64,000 nt of DNA, taken from IMG/VR virus record IMGVR_UViG_3300022602_002721, positions 7,688 to 71,687 of that record; one strand, 5' to 3'. This DNA is from a virus. The first letter of the stretch is position 1. Every line of letters starts with the position of its first letter. Positions 1 through 9,570 of this stretch are shown here, one piece after another. The translations under genes and the position numbers were made by a program. The notes under the pieces were generated by a model, which saw only the letters and a program-made list of their open reading frames with translations, was not told the origin of the DNA and did not search any database.

Positions 1-369
1 AACAATTCGTCCCCATTTGCGTTTAATCATGCTAGGTAGTGCGGCCTGACTAAGTCTAAACGGAGCATATAGGTTCACTTGCTGTACTTTGATAAAGTCT
101 AATGGATCAACTTCACAAAAATTATCAATGATATTAATGCCAGCGTTGTTAACTAGTACAGTAAGCCTGCGATTCATAATATCTTCGCAGAGCATATCAA
201 TGCTTTCAAGATTGGTAAAATCACAACTGATGTATTCGTCTAGGTAATCAGGACAGTCTTTTTCATTAGTGCCTGTGCCTATTACATAATAGCCTTCTGC
301 TTTATATTTCCTTGCTACTGATTCGCCAATGCCTCTAGTGGCACCAGTTACTAAAACTCTGTTATCCAT
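1..369 (-). CDS. short-chain dehydrogenase/reductase (runs off the window edge)
   Basis: Read manually: MDNRVLVTGATRGIGESVARKY..., TGxxxGIG Rossmann motif and later VNNAGI; GAGG RBS upstream. Confidence 0.85.
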   Translation of the reverse strand, partial: MDNRVLVTGATRGIGESVARKYKAEGYYVIGTGTNEKDCPDYLDEYISCDFTNLESIDMLCEDIMNRRLTVLVNNAGINIIDNFCEVDPLDFIKVQQVNLYAPFRLSQAALPSMIKRKWGRIV

Positions 370-418
370 TATTAGTCCTCTTGGATTATTTACACTCATT
401 ATATTAGCACATAAATAT

Positions 419-447
419 TTGCAAATCAAGTGATTAGAGTGTATAAT
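419..447 (+). promoter_or_regulatory. sigma70-type promoter
   Basis: TTGCAA-17bp-TATAAT ahead of the sugar-biosynthesis operon. Confidence 0.65.
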
Positions 448-473
448 CATACTATAACTATAAGAGGTCATTC

Positions 474-2252
474 TTGAAAGTAAACGATTACATAGCCAAG
501 CGATTAAACGAAGTTGGCATTACCAAAGTATACGGGCTAGTAGGCGGAAGCACAGCAGGATTAAATGATGGTTTTATCAATAATCCAAACATTGAATTTA
601 TTGCATTCCATCACGAACAAGGCGCAGGACATGCGGCCGTTGGTTCAGCAAGAACAAATAACAAACTAAGTGTATGCAACGTCACAGCAGGTTGTGGGGT
701 TACAAATGCTACTACTAGTTTGCTCAACGCTTACGAAGAAAGTGCTCCTGTATTATTCCTTAGTGGTAATACAGCAATGGCCAATCAAGCCAAGTACATT
801 AATCGTAATAAAAATATCCATATTAGAAAATATGGCATCCAAGACCTTGATGCTATTCGCACAGTTGAACACATTAGTAAGTATGCTGTTGCTATTGAAC
901 GTGCAGAAGATGTACCTTACGAATTAGACAAGGCTATTGATATTGCCTTATCTGGTCGCCCGGGCCCTGTATGGATTGACGTTCCAGGTAATTTACAATC
1001 CGCAGAAATTCCAGAAGGATATAAGCAATACGTCCCAGAAGATCTTAATCGTAGTTTTGCTTATCAACCATACCTTGATGCACTAGAAGTAATTTATAAA
1101 TCAAAGCGTCCTTTGATCGTTGCAGGTAACGGTATTAATTTAGGTAATGCTAGAAGCCAACTTAGAGAATTTGTTGACTTACATCAAATTCCTTTTATTA
1201 CTACATTCCTATCACGTGACCTAATTGAATATGAGCATCCTCAGAACCTAGGTATGATGGGTATTAAAGGTGCCCGTGCCGCAAACTTTGCTATGCAGAA
1301 CGCAGACTGTTTGATCATTTTAGGCTGTTCAATGAACGTAACACATATTGGTTACGATTCAAAATCATTTAGTCCTGCAAGTACAAAAATTATGATTGAC
1401 ATTGATGTCAATGAACTTGGTAAGGACATATTCAAAGTTGATATGCCAATCAACGGTGATGTTAAAGACTTCTTCCATACAGCAAAGTCATATCCTAATG
1501 ACTATGTTGCTACAGACTGGGCAGAAAAATGTCAATACTGGAAAGCTAAATGGCCTATCTATAATCCAGAAGTACATCGTCCAGACACAGGCGGAGTGAA
1601 CTTGTACGAAATCGTAGAAAGCATTAATCGCAATATGCAACCAAATGATTGTTTTATTGTTGATGCTGGTCAACCTTGTTACATTCTAAGCACTAACGGC
1701 AAGTACAAAGAAAACTGTCGCTATATGGCACAGGCCGCACAAGGTGATATGGGCTATGCTATTCCTGCATCAGTAGGTGCGTACTTCGCTGATCCAACAA
1801 TGAATATTACTATTGTTATCGGTGAAGGTAGCTTCTATACTAATATGCAAGAGTTGGCGGTGATCCGTCAGCATCGTATTCCTGTAAAAATATTTGTTAT
1901 CAACAATGACGGTTACATGAGTATTAAACAAACACAAGACAAGTTCTTTGGTGGACGCCAATGGGGTGTAAGTAGCTCTACTGGAGTATTCTTTGCTGAT
2001 ATAGCCAAGGTAGCAGATTCATTTGAAATACCTTACATGAAGATTACTAATAATGAAGACCTTGATAGATATATGGCACCACTAATGTCATATAAAGATG
2101 GTCCTCAGATCGTAGAATTCGTAAGCCAGAATACACTTGATGTATTACCAGCACAGGCAATCAAACCAGACGGTACCCAAGGAGGCTTGCACGATATGGC
2201 TCCGTTCCTTCCTGCTGAAGAACTTGCTAGCGAGATGATAGTTAAGATATGA
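474..2252 (+). CDS. thiamine-diphosphate-dependent enzyme, acetolactate-synthase-like
   Basis: HHEQGAGHAA catalytic Glu region; GEGSF...NNDGY TPP motif; 592 aa; TTG start. Confidence 0.9.
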   Translation: MKVNDYIAKRLNEVGITKVYGLVGGSTAGLNDGFINNPNIEFIAFHHEQGAGHAAVGSARTNNKLSVCNVTAGCGVTNATTSLLNAYEESAPVLFLSGNTAMANQAKYINRNKNIHIRKYGIQDLDAIRTVEHISKYAVAIERAEDVPYELDKAIDIALSGRPGPVWIDVPGNLQSAEIPEGYKQYVPEDLNRSFAYQPYLDALEVIYKSKRPLIVAGNGINLGNARSQLREFVDLHQIPFITTFLSRDLIEYEHPQNLGMMGIKGARAANFAMQNADCLIILGCSMNVTHIGYDSKSFSPASTKIMIDIDVNELGKDIFKVDMPINGDVKDFFHTAKSYPNDYVATDWAEKCQYWKAKWPIYNPEVHRPDTGGVNLYEIVESINRNMQPNDCFIVDAGQPCYILSTNGKYKENCRYMAQAAQGDMGYAIPASVGAYFADPTMNITIVIGEGSFYTNMQELAVIRQHRIPVKIFVINNDGYMSIKQTQDKFFGGRQWGVSSSTGVFFADIAKVADSFEIPYMKITNNEDLDRYMAPLMSYKDGPQIVEFVSQNTLDVLPAQAIKPDGTQGGLHDMAPFLPAEELASEMIVKI

Positions 2253-3052
2253 AGATAGCTGTTATAGGTGCTAATGGATTTGTTGGACGTAATCTAGTTA
2301 CGTTCTTAGGAAAACAACACACAGTTGTTCCTGTAACTAGGTCTACACTAGACCTTTTAGATCCTATTGCTGTAACAGAGTATCTAAAAGAACAGCGATT
2401 TGATATCGTTATAAATGCCGCGGCATCAATGACGGATAATCAAGCACTAGCAGATGCTAGAAATAATCTCGGACTGTTCATGAACTTTTATGAAAACTCA
2501 GACTTATTCTTAAAGTTCATTAACCTAGCATCTGGTGCAGAATATGATCGCGAACTTGATATCGATCAAGCGCCAGAAGGATTGATATTCAGTCGTATGC
2601 CCAAAGACAGTTATGGTTGGGGACAAAATATTAAGAGCCGCTTATGTCAAGATCGTCATAACTTTTATACCATACGCATCTTTAATTGTTTTGGTAAAGG
2701 TGAAGCTGCTACTCGCATATTCCCACGTTACTTAAATCGTGGAAATGATCGCTTTGAAATATCTAACGACAGATATTTTGATTACTTTACGATTGAAGAC
2801 CTATGTACAGTTGTTGCCCATTGTATAGATAATAATTGGCTAGTTAGAGATGTTAATGCTGTATATCCAAACAAGTTTAAGATAAGTGAAGTGTTAGCTC
2901 AGTTCTGTGACCTAAATGACATTGAGCCTAATTTCACAGTTGTGTCTACTAGTAAGAATAATTATACTGGTAGCGGTGATAATTTACAGTCACTAGGAAT
3001 CAAGTTAAGCGGATTAGACGCTGGCCTAGTTAGATATTTAGATAAGGAATGA
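2249..3052 (+). CDS. NAD-dependent epimerase/dehydratase/reductase
   Basis: GANGFVG motif, YxxxxxxK-like region; ATGA overlap with the upstream gene. Confidence 0.85.
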   Translation: MKIAVIGANGFVGRNLVTFLGKQHTVVPVTRSTLDLLDPIAVTEYLKEQRFDIVINAAASMTDNQALADARNNLGLFMNFYENSDLFLKFINLASGAEYDRELDIDQAPEGLIFSRMPKDSYGWGQNIKSRLCQDRHNFYTIRIFNCFGKGEAATRIFPRYLNRGNDRFEISNDRYFDYFTIEDLCTVVAHCIDNNWLVRDVNAVYPNKFKISEVLAQFCDLNDIEPNFTVVSTSKNNYTGSGDNLQSLGIKLSGLDAGLVRYLDKE

Positions 3053-3053
3053 A

Positions 3054-3929
3054 ATGACAGTTTTTGATTGTTGTATGTTTTTCAACGAAAACGATCTTTA
3101 TGAGATTCGTTTAAAAACACATTGGGACTTTGTAGATAAGTTTATTGTTGTTGAAGCTGGACAAACACATACAGGTGATGATAAGCCTTTTAATTTTGAT
3201 CAAGAACGGTTTAAACCATACGCTGAAAAATTAGTGTATGTTAAGTTCGATGATTTCCAAGAAGAAATTAATAAGTTTCCAGAGTTACTAGATGACGACT
3301 GTGTTCGTGATCGCGGAGTTGGCATGGAAACAGATGATTGGATACGTGATCACTTCCAAGCAAACTATCTTTATAAAGTAATGACAGACTTAGGTGCTCA
3401 AGATAACGACCTGGTGTATATTAGTTGCTTAGACGAAATTATCAAACCAGAAGCGTTTGAAGAAGCAAAGACAAGATTTCAAGGTACAGAACTATATCAA
3501 GACCTACGTCCAATCTTTGGATTCCATTACAATCTATTTGTTTACAAATTCAATCTATTACACAAACGCTGGCAGGATCATGTTGCTGGTATGATTACAG
3601 AATTTGGAAACTTTAAGAAGATATTACCTACTACTATCCGCGATCGTGGCATGTCAACACATCCACATATACAGAATGGCGGATATCATTTTACTTTCTT
3701 AGATGACACAGAAGGTGAAAAAGTTCTAGCCAAACAAAAAGCATGGGCGCACAGCCGTGATAGATACCCTGGCCAAAAAGTCAAATACGATAATATAACC
3801 ATTGAAGAAGCTCTTGAGCGTATGTTCAATGATTATCCGCATACTATTGTTCCTATCACAGCAGAAACACATCCTAAGTGCGTAGTAGAAAATTTAGATC
3901 AATATCAGAAATTTATATATAAGAGTTAA
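3054..3929 (+). CDS. glycosyltransferase family 17-like
   Basis: N-terminus VFDCCMFFNENDLYEIRL...VDKFIVVEA..THTG..KP, plus SCLDEI and GGYHFTF. Confidence 0.8.
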   Translation: MTVFDCCMFFNENDLYEIRLKTHWDFVDKFIVVEAGQTHTGDDKPFNFDQERFKPYAEKLVYVKFDDFQEEINKFPELLDDDCVRDRGVGMETDDWIRDHFQANYLYKVMTDLGAQDNDLVYISCLDEIIKPEAFEEAKTRFQGTELYQDLRPIFGFHYNLFVYKFNLLHKRWQDHVAGMITEFGNFKKILPTTIRDRGMSTHPHIQNGGYHFTFLDDTEGEKVLAKQKAWAHSRDRYPGQKVKYDNITIEEALERMFNDYPHTIVPITAETHPKCVVENLDQYQKFIYKS

Positions 3930-3930
3930 T

Positions 3931-4872
3931 ATGAAAAAGATAGTATATGTTACAGGTTGTTTAGGGTTTATTGGAAGTCACGTTACTCGTCAGTGCCTTG
4001 ACTTAGGATGGTATGTTATTGGTGTAGACAAATGTACCTATGCTAGCAACCAACAGTTCTTACCAGAGTTTGAAGCATATCCAAACTTTAAATTCATCAA
4101 CAAAGACATTAACGACTTAGACAAGTTATACGATTGCGACTATGTTATTAACACAGCCGCAGAAACTCACGTAGATAATTCAATCGCATCAAGCGATGTA
4201 TTCCTAAAATCAAATGTAAACGGCGTCCATCACTTGTTGAAACTGATGCGTGAAAAGTCAAATTTCAATATGCCTGTTCTATTACACTTCTCAACAGATG
4301 AAGTTTATGGCGATATTGAAGAAGGCGCACATACAGAAGAAGATTTACTAAAGCCAAGTAACCCATACTCAGCAACTAAAGCGGCTGCAGATATGTTAGT
4401 ATTAGCTTGGGCACGTACTTACAAAGTGCCATACATCATGATCCGTCCAACTAACAACTACGGTATTGGTCAGTATGTAGAGAAACTAGTACCAAAGACT
4501 GTTAAGTATCTAAGCATTGGACGTAAGATTGATCTGCATGATAAGGGTCGTCCCCGCCGTACTTGGTTACATGCTAGCGATACAGCAAATGCTGTGATTA
4601 CTATTATTAATGCAGGAGTAGTAAATGAGATTTACAATATCTCTGGCAACTATGAAACTGATAACTTAACAGTGGTAACCAAAATCCTCAACCTAATGGG
4701 CCTAACAGAGCCAGTTGAAAACTATACAATAGACCTAGTACGTCCTGGACAGGATGTCCGCTATGCTATTGATGACAGCAAACTTAAAGCACTTGGATGG
4801 TCATGCCGAGCTGACTTCGACACAGAACTTGCAAAAATTGTAGACTACTATAAAACCAACTTTGTTTGGTAA
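3931..4872 (+). CDS. rmlB: dTDP-glucose 4,6-dehydratase
   Basis: VTGCLGFIG, AAETHVDNS, STDEVYG, PSNPYSATKA, RPGQDVRY. Confidence 0.9.
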   Translation: MKKIVYVTGCLGFIGSHVTRQCLDLGWYVIGVDKCTYASNQQFLPEFEAYPNFKFINKDINDLDKLYDCDYVINTAAETHVDNSIASSDVFLKSNVNGVHHLLKLMREKSNFNMPVLLHFSTDEVYGDIEEGAHTEEDLLKPSNPYSATKAAADMLVLAWARTYKVPYIMIRPTNNYGIGQYVEKLVPKTVKYLSIGRKIDLHDKGRPRRTWLHASDTANAVITIINAGVVNEIYNISGNYETDNLTVVTKILNLMGLTEPVENYTIDLVRPGQDVRYAIDDSKLKALGWSCRADFDTELAKIVDYYKTNFVW

Positions 4873-4934
4873 TTAAGTATGTAGTTTAAATTAGTTATCT
4901 ACCCAGTAAATACCTGTACACAACAGGAGCGAAC

Positions 4935-5216
4935 ATGGGTGATATTTTTAAAATAATTGGCGATCTTGGCATGCCAGTTGCCGCCGCACTAGCTGGCGGA
5001 TACTTCGTTTATCTCACAATCAAACTATTACTTCAAGGGGTTCTCGGGTCTATCAACGGCATGAAGGGCATTATTATTGCTCTTGATAATCGTGTAAAGA
5101 CTATGAACCACGATGTTGTACGTATTGATACCATTGTCTCAAATGCACTAGGTTTGAGACCAGATGTAGATCGTATTGCCCGTGCTGATGGAAAAACAGA
5201 TGCAAGAAGAGATTAA
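4935..5216 (+). CDS. small membrane protein (N-terminal TM plus coiled coil), paralogue of 5704-6045
   Basis: AGGAG RBS; hydrophobic residues 10-35; shared IALxxRxxxxxxDxxR motif. Confidence 0.7.
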   Translation: MGDIFKIIGDLGMPVAAALAGGYFVYLTIKLLLQGVLGSINGMKGIIIALDNRVKTMNHDVVRIDTIVSNALGLRPDVDRIARADGKTDARRD

Positions 5217-5367
5217 CCAAATTGAACTAGCTATGCTAGATGAAGATGTAATGCAATTACATAACATCGCAAGACACATTGAAAAGTATATTGGCAGAGG
5301 TGCGTTAAGTGAAGATGTACGGAACGCCGCAGATAAACTACACGAACTAATTAACAAAAGACACTAA
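5200..5367 (+). CDS. hypothetical protein
   Basis: ORF filling the operon gap; ATG at 5200 preferred over 5176. Confidence 0.55.
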   Translation: MQEEINQIELAMLDEDVMQLHNIARHIEKYIGRGALSEDVRNAADKLHELINKRH

Positions 5368-5589
5368 ATGTTACATTTTGATTATACTTGGGATATATAC
5401 CCAAACTATATTATATTAGATGACGAACTTAACACAGATCGACTAGGCTGGAAAGCAGGCGATTTATTTGAGTTCGTAAATGTCAACGGTAAACAAATGC
5501 TTAAAAAAGTAGATCCGTTGGTTAAATTTTTACACCAAGGAGCAACAGCACGTGAACAAATGGGACGCATGGTGGAACAGTCTACCTAA
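5368..5589 (+). CDS. hypothetical protein (AbrB/MazE-like loop-hinge fold possible)
   Basis: LGWKAGDLFEF motif; abuts the upstream stop. Confidence 0.6.
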   Translation: MLHFDYTWDIYPNYIILDDELNTDRLGWKAGDLFEFVNVNGKQMLKKVDPLVKFLHQGATAREQMGRMVEQST

Positions 5590-5704
5590 ACATACACAAG
5601 AATACTTAAACAATCAGCCTCTATGGCATGATAAAGACGTTGCTCTGTTTGTAAGCATAGCATTAGTTGTAGGATTTTTCTTTGGTTACATCTGGAGCAA
5701 ATAA
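5552..5704 (+). CDS. 50-aa membrane protein (not in ORF track)
   Basis: AGGAG then GTG; MNKWDAWWNSLPKHTQEYL...C-terminal TM; TAATG coupling to the next gene. Confidence 0.65.
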   Translation: MNKWDAWWNSLPKHTQEYLNNQPLWHDKDVALFVSIALVVGFFFGYIWSK

Positions 5705-6045
5705 TGGATATTGTAGAATTAGTTAATAAGTACGGCTTTCCGATCGTTATGGCCGTAGGTATGGGATTTATTATTAAGTATGTATGGACATGGGCCACTA
5801 CTGAAGTTAAGCCTGTGATCAGTGAAGCAAACACAGTTCTTATTGCTCTTATTGATCGTATCCGTATGTTAGATAACGATTTAATTCGCCTAAATCAAAA
5901 GGTTAATACTGTACTACACCTACGTGGTAAAACAATTGAACATGAGCGTGTAGAAGCAGAAAGAGATATTAATCAAAAAATACACACTAAAGTAGATAAA
6001 AATACCACATCCGAAGAACAAGAGGCAGCTGGTGGTAACGGCTAA
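5704..6045 (+). CDS. small membrane protein (holin-like topology), paralogue of 4935-5216
   Basis: MDIVELVNKYGFPIVMAVGMGFII TM start followed by coiled coil. Confidence 0.7.
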   Translation: MDIVELVNKYGFPIVMAVGMGFIIKYVWTWATTEVKPVISEANTVLIALIDRIRMLDNDLIRLNQKVNTVLHLRGKTIEHERVEAERDINQKIHTKVDKNTTSEEQEAAGGNG

Positions 6046-6053
6046 GTATATTA

Positions 6054-6758
6054 ATGAATATACTATTATCTACCCTAGTGATGGTTCAAATCACTATCGC
6101 ATGTGTTACCTTATATCTACATCGTAGCCAAGCACACCGCGCTGTAACTTTCCACCCTATTATATCACATTTTATGCGTTGCTGGCTTTGGCTAACGACT
6201 GGCATGAATACTCGTGAATGGGTAGCGGTGCATCGTAAACATCATCAGGCAAGTGATACAGAAACGGATCCTCATAGCCCGCGAATATATGGCATATGGC
6301 GTGTGTTATTTGGTGGCGCATTATTATATGTTAAAGCAAAGCAAGATCCAGAAGTAATGAAATTAGGCGTTGGCACACCAGATGATTGGATTGAGCGTCG
6401 AGTTTATACACCGCACCCATTTGGGGGCATAGTAATTATGTTGGTCATAGACCTTGTTCTTTTCGGACCCATAGGACTAATAGTATGGGGCGTACAAATG
6501 CTATGGATTCCATTTTGGGCTGCGGGTGTAATTAACGGACTAGCACACTGGGTCGGGTATCGTAACTATGATGTAAAAGATACTAGTCGTAACTTATGGC
6601 CATTAGGTATATGGATTGGCGGAGAAGAACTACACAACAATCATCACGGTGAAGGTGCTAGTGCTAAGTTTAGCAAGAAATGGTGGGAGTTTGATATTGG
6701 TTGGTTTTATATTAAAGTTCTAACAATGCTAGGTCTAGCAAAAGTTAGAAGTTCATAG
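6054..6758 (+). CDS. membrane fatty-acid (delta-9-type) desaturase
   Basis: Three His boxes HRSQAH, HRKHH, HNNHH; WWEFDIGW C-terminal motif. Confidence 0.92.
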   Translation: MNILLSTLVMVQITIACVTLYLHRSQAHRAVTFHPIISHFMRCWLWLTTGMNTREWVAVHRKHHQASDTETDPHSPRIYGIWRVLFGGALLYVKAKQDPEVMKLGVGTPDDWIERRVYTPHPFGGIVIMLVIDLVLFGPIGLIVWGVQMLWIPFWAAGVINGLAHWVGYRNYDVKDTSRNLWPLGIWIGGEELHNNHHGEGASAKFSKKWWEFDIGWFYIKVLTMLGLAKVRSS

Positions 6759-7476
6759 CAAGATAATCTGCTTCAGGAATACGTGTATGCGTATTTTTAC
6801 TATTCAATAGGACAACAATGCGTTGTCCTATTTTTGTATTCAACATCATTACAATACATCCACCTGCAGCATGTATATAACCTGTTTTACTAACAATAAA
6901 GTTTTGAGAAGCAACTAGTGGATTTGTGTTTCTAAAAACAAATAAACGTTTTTTCTTTTTAATTGTACCTCTGGCTGTATGTGCCGCTTCTACAATTTCT
7001 GGATAATTTTTTGCCGCTAGTACGATTTGAATAAGCTCGTTAGCTGTACTCACATTCATCATATTAAGACCTGATGGATCTACATAACGAGTATTTGTGA
7101 GACCTAACAAGTGTGCCTTCCAATTCATAGCAGATATACAGCTACTACGCCCTGTAGGATAATTTTCACAAAGTATTTCTGCAGCATGATTGTCTGATTT
7201 TACTAACATTAACTGTATTAGCTCACGTCTAGTAAAATTATTGATACGCTCATCTAGATCTTGATGTGCATCTAGTACGACCATTGCGGTCATTAGTTTA
7301 GTAATGCTGGCTATGCTACGTTGCTCATCGGCATTCTTACTTTCAATAACTCTTCCAGACTCATCGGCCACCAACCAGGAACTTGCGGTGATAGACATAG
7401 GTTTGGCATCGGCATAGACTTCTCGCCAATTAAAAAGTAAGGAGCATAATACAACTGTAAAAACGAGTATACGCAT
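6745..7476 (-). CDS. peptidase S11 D-Ala-D-Ala carboxy/endopeptidase (PBP7-like)
   Basis: Signal peptide; SITK, SDN and KTG catalytic motifs. Confidence 0.92.
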   Translation of the reverse strand: MRILVFTVVLCSLLFNWREVYADAKPMSITASSWLVADESGRVIESKNADEQRSIASITKLMTAMVVLDAHQDLDERINNFTRRELIQLMLVKSDNHAAEILCENYPTGRSSCISAMNWKAHLLGLTNTRYVDPSGLNMMNVSTANELIQIVLAAKNYPEIVEAAHTARGTIKKKKRLFVFRNTNPLVASQNFIVSKTGYIHAAGGCIVMMLNTKIGQRIVVLLNSKNTHTRIPEADYLAMNF

Positions 7477-7482
7477 AAGTCT

Positions 7483-7511
7483 ATTGTAGCAGCTAAAAAT
7501 GGATTTGTCAA
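7483..7511 (-). promoter_or_regulatory. sigma70-type promoter
   Basis: TTGACA-17bp-TACAAT immediately before the S11 peptidase ATG. Confidence 0.75.
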
Positions 7512-7512
7512 A

Positions 7513-9555
7513 TTACTTTTCATGAGCTATGAATTCTCCCTGCCAGTTATCTGGTAGGTCTTGTTGTTTCATAAAGTCGCAACGTTCAATCCATATCTTG
7601 TAGTACTTGTCCATCTGTCCGCCAAAGTTACCAATTAGCTTTTTACACATAGCGGCCGCTTCGTCAAACTTTTTCTGTTTGTACAAGGCATGCATCAATT
7701 CGTGTTGTACTTTATCTTTGGTATAATCAGCACCTTTAGTACGTAGTGCTGTGTAAATTAAATCTGCTACAGTTTTACCTTTTGGTTGTAAGTTATCTAA
7801 TAGCAAGTAAAAGAAGTTATCTTTGGTACGGTTGTAAGTTTCAGCACCAATGATACATAGCACACCATAAGCCTTACAACGAGCTTCTAAACGAGCAGCG
7901 GTTGAAACCATATCACCTAAGATGTCATAGCTGTGTCGTTCTGTTGAACCCATCTCACCGATAAATCCAATACCTGAATTACAGCCCCAGCCCATAGCGG
8001 CAGGAGGTAATCCTTGTGCTTCCATTATCTTAGTATACTCGTCTACCTTGTCTAGCATCTCTAAACCTACTTTAACGATAGTGTGAGCGTGGTTAGGATC
8101 TTCAATAGGAGCACCGTGTATGTGCATTGACGCATCGCCTACGTACTTGATAATCATACCCTTGTTATCTAGCATTGGCTGACTGATAGCATCCATATAA
8201 CCGTTCATGTACTTGCCTAGGCCAGCGACGTCATCGCCATAGTGTTCGCCAATAGGTGTAAAGCCACGCAGGTCACTGAACATAACTGATACGTCTTTAC
8301 GTACACCACGCTTGATTAGGTCTGGATCTTTTTGTAATAGCTCTACAACTTCTTTACTACAGTAACCTGCAAACTGTTTCTTAATTGCTTGTTTCTGTAA
8401 GAACTCGCTTATAAACTTAACACCATAAGCGTGAAGCATGACCAAAACAAGACCGCCGACCGGAAGAGTCGCATCCACGAGTTGGAGGCCACTGCTATAT
8501 GCGTATCCACATAAAGGAATAATAGAGCCAATGATAACAACACCCGATACAATACCAACATAAGTCCACCTTGTTAAAAATAATAATACGAGACCTGCTA
8601 CCAATAGTCCCAATATCTCTGCACCATCTGCCCAGTCAGGACGTTGTATAACCACACCGTTCATCATAGTTCCCACAGTTGCGGCAACTACATCCTGTGG
8701 CCATACTGCACCCTTGCTAGTTGGAATAGGATTACCTATACCTGCGGCAGTTGTTCCTAGGATAACAACAGCACCCTCTAGATCTTTAGGCAAATCGATT
8801 AGGCTAACTTGTTTGTTTTGTTGACTCCAGTCAATCCATATCCTACCCAAGCTGTCCGTGCTTATAGCTCCAAACTTGGGGATACGCATTTTCTCAACAC
8901 CATTTTCGTTGAGCTTGACTTGAAAAGTTGAATCGCCGGCCGCAACTCTGAGTGTCTCTAGAGCTATGCTCGGATATAATTTTCCATCGATAGTGGCTAT
9001 TAATGGTAGACGGCGATTCACCCCGTCAATCTCTGGCAGTGTGTTAGTTGTTCCAATACCCGCAGCTGGATTTTCTAACGCAGGTATGTTAGCGATCAAT
9101 CCGGGATATTGAAGTATAGTATCTAAATAGTTTGCCCCTATTACAGCAGATCCTGGCTGTCTAGGTGTATTCTTTGTTTTCTGCGAAGGAGTATTTGCTA
9201 GGACTACAGGGTACTTACTTAGAGCTTGACCCAGCGTAGTATCTCCACCAGAGCGATCTTGTTCGGGCATGAGTATATCAAATACAACAAGTCCCGCTCC
9301 CCTCTTATATAGATCTCGTATAATTTTGGCATATTCAGCTCTCGGTAAAGGCCATTGACCGTATTTGTCTAGTGTTGCTTCATCAATATTTACAGTTACG
9401 ATATTATTGAATGTAGGTGCCTTGGATGTAATAAGTGTGTCAAAATAACGTAGTCTTACGCTTTCAACAAATGAGGGATCTGCGATTCGTATGCCCACTA
9501 CCAACGCTAGAGTTAATAGAGCAGTCCATGGGCTCAAAAGGATTTTTTTCAGCAT
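7513..9555 (-). CDS. CHASE2-domain class III adenylate cyclase
   Basis: CHASE2 (IVTVNIDE..L..YGQWPLPRA), three TM helices, catalytic FSDLRGFT, KYVGD, YDILGDMVSTAARLE. Confidence 0.93.
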   Translation of the reverse strand: MLKKILLSPWTALLTLALVVGIRIADPSFVESVRLRYFDTLITSKAPTFNNIVTVNIDEATLDKYGQWPLPRAEYAKIIRDLYKRGAGLVVFDILMPEQDRSGGDTTLGQALSKYPVVLANTPSQKTKNTPRQPGSAVIGANYLDTILQYPGLIANIPALENPAAGIGTTNTLPEIDGVNRRLPLIATIDGKLYPSIALETLRVAAGDSTFQVKLNENGVEKMRIPKFGAISTDSLGRIWIDWSQQNKQVSLIDLPKDLEGAVVILGTTAAGIGNPIPTSKGAVWPQDVVAATVGTMMNGVVIQRPDWADGAEILGLLVAGLVLLFLTRWTYVGIVSGVVIIGSIIPLCGYAYSSGLQLVDATLPVGGLVLVMLHAYGVKFISEFLQKQAIKKQFAGYCSKEVVELLQKDPDLIKRGVRKDVSVMFSDLRGFTPIGEHYGDDVAGLGKYMNGYMDAISQPMLDNKGMIIKYVGDASMHIHGAPIEDPNHAHTIVKVGLEMLDKVDEYTKIMEAQGLPPAAMGWGCNSGIGFIGEMGSTERHSYDILGDMVSTAARLEARCKAYGVLCIIGAETYNRTKDNFFYLLLDNLQPKGKTVADLIYTALRTKGADYTKDKVQHELMHALYKQKKFDEAAAMCKKLIGNFGGQMDKYYKIWIERCDFMKQQDLPDNWQGEFIAHEK

Positions 9556-9570
9556 GAAATATTTATACTG

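Noticed and set aside
474-2252. Branched-chain amino-acid synthesis (ilvB)
   Set aside because: No regulatory subunit or ilvC/ilvD; the gene is embedded in a sugar-nucleotide operon.
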